Positions 37,821-42,139 of a stretch of 42,139 nt of DNA are shown in pieces. Position 1 is the first letter of the stretch. Every line of letters begins with the position of its first letter. The translations under genes were made by a program, and so were the position numbers. Source of the stretch: an uncultured Nitrososphaeria archaeon. GTDB taxonomy: Archaea; Thermoproteota; Nitrososphaeria_A; Caldarchaeales; Wolframiiraptoraceae. Under the pieces are notes generated by a model, which saw only the letters and a list, made by a program, of their open reading frames with translations, was not told the DNA's origin and did not search any database. The DNA lies in the NCBI GenBank assembly GCA_964396455.1, contig CAYNFG010000005.1, positions 1 to 42,139 on the forward strand, read 5' to 3'.

Positions 37821-38540
37821 ATGTCGCCAAAGCTTAAGCTAATCTCGTTTGACGCATGGAATACTCTTCTAAGGCTCGACTTGATAACCGAGAGTATAGC
37901 GGCTGGAATAGGAAGCCTGCTGAACATCGACTCTCGAAGCGTTTGTAGAAAAATGATAGAGACCTATGAGGAGCTTAGGAGGAAATGGCTTTTGGGAGAG
38001 CTTGAGGAGCAATCAATCCTTAGGATAGCTCAGGCCGCTCTCGCAGATAACCTAGACACCTCGCCTGATCTAATCTCCAGAGGAGTGGCGAGGGGCGCGG
38101 CCATGCTGGATCCAAGGAAGGTCGTATATCCTGAGGTGAGGGAGGTCTTGGAGAACCTCTCGGATAGGTTCTGCTTGGTCGTGATCAGCAATGTCTTCTA
38201 TTGGCCGGGAAGCTATACCAGGCTTATCTTAGAGAAGGCGGGCTTAGCAGGGTTCTTTAAGGCTCAACTCTATGCTGATGAAGTAGGCTTATCCAAGCCT
38301 GATAAGAGGATCTTCATAAAAGCCTCTCTCCTATGCGGAATCGATCCAGAATACTCGATTCACGTCGGCGATAGCTTGGCCGAGGATATCGGCGGCGCCC
38401 TATCAGCAGGTATGAAGGCAGCCTATCTGAGGAGGGGTTCTGGAAGATTTCAGGTGATGAGAGAGCTGGGTCTAGCCTTGATCTCGGATCTAACCCAGCT
38501 TGAGAGGGCGATAGAACTGCTCTCCGAGGAGCAAATCTAA
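37821..38540 (+). CDS. HAD-superfamily hydrolase
   Basis: FDAWNTLL, ISN, KPD, HVGDSLAEDIGGA. Confidence 0.9.
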   Translation: MSPKLKLISFDAWNTLLRLDLITESIAAGIGSLLNIDSRSVCRKMIETYEELRRKWLLGELEEQSILRIAQAALADNLDTSPDLISRGVARGAAMLDPRKVVYPEVREVLENLSDRFCLVVISNVFYWPGSYTRLILEKAGLAGFFKAQLYADEVGLSKPDKRIFIKASLLCGIDPEYSIHVGDSLAEDIGGALSAGMKAAYLRRGSGRFQVMRELGLALISDLTQLERAIELLSEEQI

Positions 38541-38577
38541 AAAGTGGGCGATCCAAATCCTAGAGTAGCGTGAATTA

Positions 38578-39042
38578 ATGTCTCGCACCTCTCCTCGATT
38601 CATAGTCGATGCGATGCTTAAGAATCTGGTTTCATGGCTCAGAATACTGGGCTATGACGCCATCTACTGGAATGGAGATGATCAGGAGATATTAAGGCTG
38701 GCGAAGGAGAAATCGGGCATGATCCTGACCATGGACAGAGGATTGGCGGCAGCCGCCTTACGCAGGGGACTGGACGTGATATTGCTACGAGAGAATAACG
38801 TCGTCAAGATTTTGGCCGACCTAGCCTCGAAATACGGCCTCAGCCTAGACTTTAACCCAAACTCGACTAGATGCCCAATCTGCAACCACCCCCTAACCCT
38901 CGAGCATAGAAATGATCGAGAAGAATGGATCTGCAATAACTGCGGTAAAAGATACTGGAAGGGATCTCACTGGAAAAATATAAGTAAGACCCTTGAAGAA
39001 GCTCGAAGGCTCGCTAGCAGATCCCCGGATGGAAAGAAGTAA
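38578..39042 (+). CDS. Mut7-C RNase domain protein (PIN-like plus Zn ribbon)
   Basis: FIVDAML..L..WLRILGYD, LTMDRGL, RCPICN, CNNCGKRYWKGSHW. Confidence 0.9.
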   Translation: MSRTSPRFIVDAMLKNLVSWLRILGYDAIYWNGDDQEILRLAKEKSGMILTMDRGLAAAALRRGLDVILLRENNVVKILADLASKYGLSLDFNPNSTRCPICNHPLTLEHRNDREEWICNNCGKRYWKGSHWKNISKTLEEARRLASRSPDGKK

Positions 39043-39081
39043 ATAATGATGAGGAGACTTCATCTCTGGTGCTCTAAAGTC

Positions 39082-39696
39082 ATGGAGCCTCTAACCCTCG
39101 ATGAGGGCATATATCTTGTAAGGCTCGCCAGAAAGACCATCGAAGTATCTCTCTCGGAGAAGATTCCAGCACCTCCAGAAAACCCTCCTGAGAAGCTTAA
39201 GAGGAAGCAGGGAGTCTTCGTAACCCTAAACACCTATCCAGAGAAGGAGCTTAGAGGATGCATAGGAGTCCCCCTACCAGAATATCCCCTGGTTGAGGCG
39301 ACTATGAGAGCTGCTATAGCCTCAGCAACCGAGGATCCAAGATTTCCCCCAGTCTCGCCGAACGAGCTATCGAAGATAGTCGTCGAGGTCAGCGTCCTAA
39401 CACCCCCAGAAGAGATAGAATTCTCAGATCCGAAAGAACTTCCAAACCTCATCAGGATAGGCGTTGACGGGCTCATAATCGAGTCCGGGGGGTTCAGCGG
39501 CCTCCTACTACCACAAGTTCCAGTAGAATTCGGCTGGACTCCAGAAGAATATCTAATGAACTTATGTCTAAAAGCCGGGCTTCCATCGACCTACTGGCTA
39601 ACTGGCAAGATCAAGCTCTATAGATTCACGGCTCAAATATTCGAAGAAGAATCTCCAGGAGGCAGGATAATCGAGAAGAAGCTTCAAGCCAAGTAA
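39082..39696 (+). CDS. AMMECR1/AmmeMemoRadiSam protein A (TIGR00296)
   Basis: GVFVTL, LRGCIG, EDPRF, EVSVLT, GLLLPQV, LCLKAG; alternative start at 39046. Confidence 0.94.
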   Translation: MEPLTLDEGIYLVRLARKTIEVSLSEKIPAPPENPPEKLKRKQGVFVTLNTYPEKELRGCIGVPLPEYPLVEATMRAAIASATEDPRFPPVSPNELSKIVVEVSVLTPPEEIEFSDPKELPNLIRIGVDGLIIESGGFSGLLLPQVPVEFGWTPEEYLMNLCLKAGLPSTYWLTGKIKLYRFTAQIFEEESPGGRIIEKKLQAK

Positions 39697-39719
39697 TCTA
39701 CTCCTCAAATCAATACGCT

Positions 39720-40874
39720 ATGACTCCAAGGATACACTTTGGAGTATGCGGTATAGGCTATGGCCACGCATCGAGATCAGCAATACTGGCTAGAGAGTTT
39801 ATGAGAAGAGGCTGGAGCGTTTCCATATCATCCTATAAGGATGGGCTACGCTATCTAAAAGCATCCGGGATCGAGGCAAAATATTCTCCAGAAATCTCCT
39901 ATGGAATCCTCCCCGAAGGTAAGGTTAGCATAAAGATGACGATCTTCAGGAACATACTCCTGCCGATAAGATTCCTCGAACAGCTATCCTACGAATTGAA
40001 TTATATCGAGGACGCCGATATAGTAATCTCGGACTCTAGGGCTTCAACAATTCTTGCGGGAAAGTTTTCCGGTAAGCCCGTATTAACGATCCTAAACCAA
40101 TTCAATATCAGGGTAGAGTATCCGCGTCATAAGAGGATAATCGAGCTTGTCGAAGCATTAGCTCAAGCGCCCAGCCATGTATGGATGCTGAGCGATGAGA
40201 TCTTGATAGCGGACTATCCGCCGCCATACACGATATCAAAGCATAATCTCGTAATCCCGGAGAGAGTCTTGGATAAAACGAGGTATATAGGGCCGATAAT
40301 GGAGCGTTCAAGAAAATACGCTAGCTCGAAGCACATCTACGAAAAATATGGGCTCGTCGAAGGATCAAATCCAATAATCTTCTATCATGCTTCTGGGCCA
40401 AGTTATGAGCGGAGGATCTTGACGAACATGATCCTGCCGATCCTCGAAAAGCTCTCGAAAGATTATCAGATCATCGCCACTCTTGGAGGGGACGATCCTC
40501 CTAAGAATATTAAAGGGGTTCACGCATTTTCCTGGGTTGAGGATCCGGGTGAATTGTTCAGCATAGCTGATCTCGTGATCTGTAGGGCTGGTCAGACGAC
40601 TCTGGCGAAAGCCCTAGCCTATGGGAAGCCTGTGATAACTATCCCGATACCGGCTCATGGCGAGCAGCTTGGAAATGCCTGCTCGATAATGCAGGTCGGC
40701 GCCGGAGTACTCCTCCATCAAGAAAATCTTTCGCTAGAAACGCTTAGATCGGCCATCGAGAAAATAATTTCTGATAAATCGTTCCTCGAGAAAGCAGGGG
40801 AATACCGCAGGCTCGTAGAAAAGCTTAATTCGGTGGAGTATGTCTGTTCGAGGATACTTGAGCTAGTAGGTTAG
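39720..40874 (+). CDS. GT-B glycosyltransferase (GT28/MJ1255-like)
   Basis: CGIGYGHASR, ISD, ICRAGQTT, P...HGEQLGNA. Confidence 0.88.
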   Translation: MTPRIHFGVCGIGYGHASRSAILAREFMRRGWSVSISSYKDGLRYLKASGIEAKYSPEISYGILPEGKVSIKMTIFRNILLPIRFLEQLSYELNYIEDADIVISDSRASTILAGKFSGKPVLTILNQFNIRVEYPRHKRIIELVEALAQAPSHVWMLSDEILIADYPPPYTISKHNLVIPERVLDKTRYIGPIMERSRKYASSKHIYEKYGLVEGSNPIIFYHASGPSYERRILTNMILPILEKLSKDYQIIATLGGDDPPKNIKGVHAFSWVEDPGELFSIADLVICRAGQTTLAKALAYGKPVITIPIPAHGEQLGNACSIMQVGAGVLLHQENLSLETLRSAIEKIISDKSFLEKAGEYRRLVEKLNSVEYVCSRILELVG

Positions 40875-40959
40875 GGACGCTTGATCCGGCTTCCTGATGC
40901 TCCTTAAAAAGAAATATTTATCTCATGGGATCGAGATATTCAGCCTAGGAAGGTGGTAG

Positions 40960-41451
40960 ATGAGTAAACGCCCCAAAATCTCCTCCTCCGTTACCCCTGA
41001 GATGATAATGGGTATCGTTGACGTCATCTACGATTATGGTAGCAAGGCGGATCTAGCTAGGATAGCGATAAACCTTCAAAGCGATGTCGACGACCTGCTG
41101 CCAGTCGTGGATGTTGCGGAGGCTCTAGGTCTTATCAGAGTCGAGAATGGAGATATATCCCTAACGGATTTGGGGAAGAAGTTCGTCAAGGCTAGACCAA
41201 GCCAGAAGAAGCTTATCCTCAGAGAAGCCCTAAGAAAGGTAGAGCCGTTTGCAACCGTGTTCAAGCTTATAGAATCGAGGAAGGAATTTACGGCCGAAGA
41301 CCTCTTCGAGGAGCTCTCGAACATAAGGGAGCTTAGCGAGGAGTATAGGAATCCTGAGGAGATCCACCACATGCTACTAGAATGGCTCTTATTCACGGAG
41401 ATGGTTGATTACAACGGGGATGAGAAGAAGTTTATCGTTAAGAGGCTTTAG
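40960..41451 (+). CDS. Stand-alone AAA-associated domain of NitT/TauT-type ABC ATPases
   Basis: ADL..IA...DVDDLLPVVDVAEALGL....GDISLTDLG, LLEW....YN.D. Confidence 0.8.
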   Translation: MSKRPKISSSVTPEMIMGIVDVIYDYGSKADLARIAINLQSDVDDLLPVVDVAEALGLIRVENGDISLTDLGKKFVKARPSQKKLILREALRKVEPFATVFKLIESRKEFTAEDLFEELSNIRELSEEYRNPEEIHHMLLEWLLFTEMVDYNGDEKKFIVKRL

Positions 41452-42137
41452 CTCAGCAGGGTATAGATCTCATCCACGTATCTATAGAACTCTTCACTAC
41501 GTCGAGATCTCGGCCTCTCCAGATCTATCTTAACCTCTCCCGCAACCTTAACCGGCCTCTGGGTCAAGACTATAACTCGATCGCATAGCTCGACGAGCTC
41601 CTCTATATCGTGGCTAACGATTACGACAGAGCTTGGTGGAAGGCTCTGATTCTGCCAGAGGGTCTCGATCTCCCTCCTGAGAGATATCGCGGTTAATGGA
41701 TCTAGATTGCTGAATGGCTCATCCATTAGGAGGAGGTCTGGCTGGGATACTAACGCTCTCGCCAAGGCGACTCTAGACTTCATCCCACCGCTAAGCTCAG
41801 CCGGGTAAGCCGACTCAAACCCGATCAAACCAACCATGTCGAGGAAGACCTTCGCACGCTCAATCTTCTCCTCCCTACTAAGCTCCTTCTCGTGAATTAA
41901 GGCAAGCATAACGTTCTCGAGAACGGTATACCATGGGAAAAGCGCTGGATTCTGGAACATCACAGCGATTCTAGGCGTCGGTCTTTCGAGAGGCTTTCCC
42001 CTGAAAAGCACCACACCGCTCTCAGGTTTTAGAAGCCCGGCCATGATCCTTATCAAAGTGCTTTTCCCGCAGCCGCTCGGCCCGGCTATTCCGAGGAATT
42101 CTGCATATCTGACTTTCAGCGAGAGATCGTTGAATAC
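41448..42137 (-). CDS. NitT/TauT (nitrate/sulfonate-type) ABC transporter ATP-binding protein (5' end outside window)
   Basis: Frame continues upstream of the track ORF and includes Walker A GPSGCGKST; FQNPALFPW, LSGGMKSR, MDEPFS, SHD. Confidence 0.92.
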   Translation of the reverse strand, partial: VFNDLSLKVRYAEFLGIAGPSGCGKSTLIRIMAGLLKPESGVVLFRGKPLERPTPRIAVMFQNPALFPWYTVLENVMLALIHEKELSREEKIERAKVFLDMVGLIGFESAYPAELSGGMKSRVALARALVSQPDLLLMDEPFSNLDPLTAISLRREIETLWQNQSLPPSSVVIVSHDIEELVELCDRVIVLTQRPVKVAGEVKIDLERPRSRRSEEFYRYVDEIYTLLS

Positions 42138-42139
42138 TT

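Noticed and set aside
38578-39042. Mut7-C/PIN-like RNase as a toxin-antitoxin or defence module
   Set aside because: No adjacent antitoxin-like gene; it sits in an ordinary housekeeping run.
1-42139. tRNA, rRNA, CRISPR arrays, IS elements or integrases
   Set aside because: No intergenic region shows a cloverleaf, T-loop or repeat-spacer pattern, and no ORF has transposase or recombinase motifs. This was a by-eye check only; a covariance-model scan would be decisive.

Overview
Gene-dense archaeal chromosomal window from a thermophilic TACK-type lineage. The TFE-beta/RPC34-like gene, the gar1-tfb synteny and the overall gene style suggest Thermoproteota, possibly Caldarchaeales ('Aigarchaeota'), but that assignment is inference. 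Contents in order: rps8e-srp19-gar1-tfb-tfeB; RNA modification and processing genes (rlmE, trm1, rnhB); uppS, DUF373 and a GPN-GTPase block; the proteasome-exosome superoperon (psmA, SBDS, rrp4/41/42, rpl37ae, pcc1, pfdB, DHH); an ECF transporter module with mobB embedded in it; apgM; an iscS-DUF169-truncated thiI sulfur module; an MFS gene flanked by two membrane-only MscS/CmpX-like genes; rpe-radA; a bacterial-type single-chain transketolase; an EMC6-like protein; rqcH; and a split NitT/TauT ATPase plus AAA-associated domain. I saw no tRNA, rRNA, CRISPR array or mobile element. Best leads: (1) a small protein ending in an apparent mimic of the ribosomal P-stalk tail, directly upstream of a GPN GTPase; (2) a THUMP-less ThiI catalytic domain with IscS and a Cys-rich DUF169 protein; (3) a TFB lacking the B-linker and with a rewired BRE helix, next to TFE-beta; (4) MobB-FeS inside an ECF operon; (5) a 59-aa zinc-ribbon ORF missing from the ORF track. 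All family calls come from motif recognition by eye, not from database searches.
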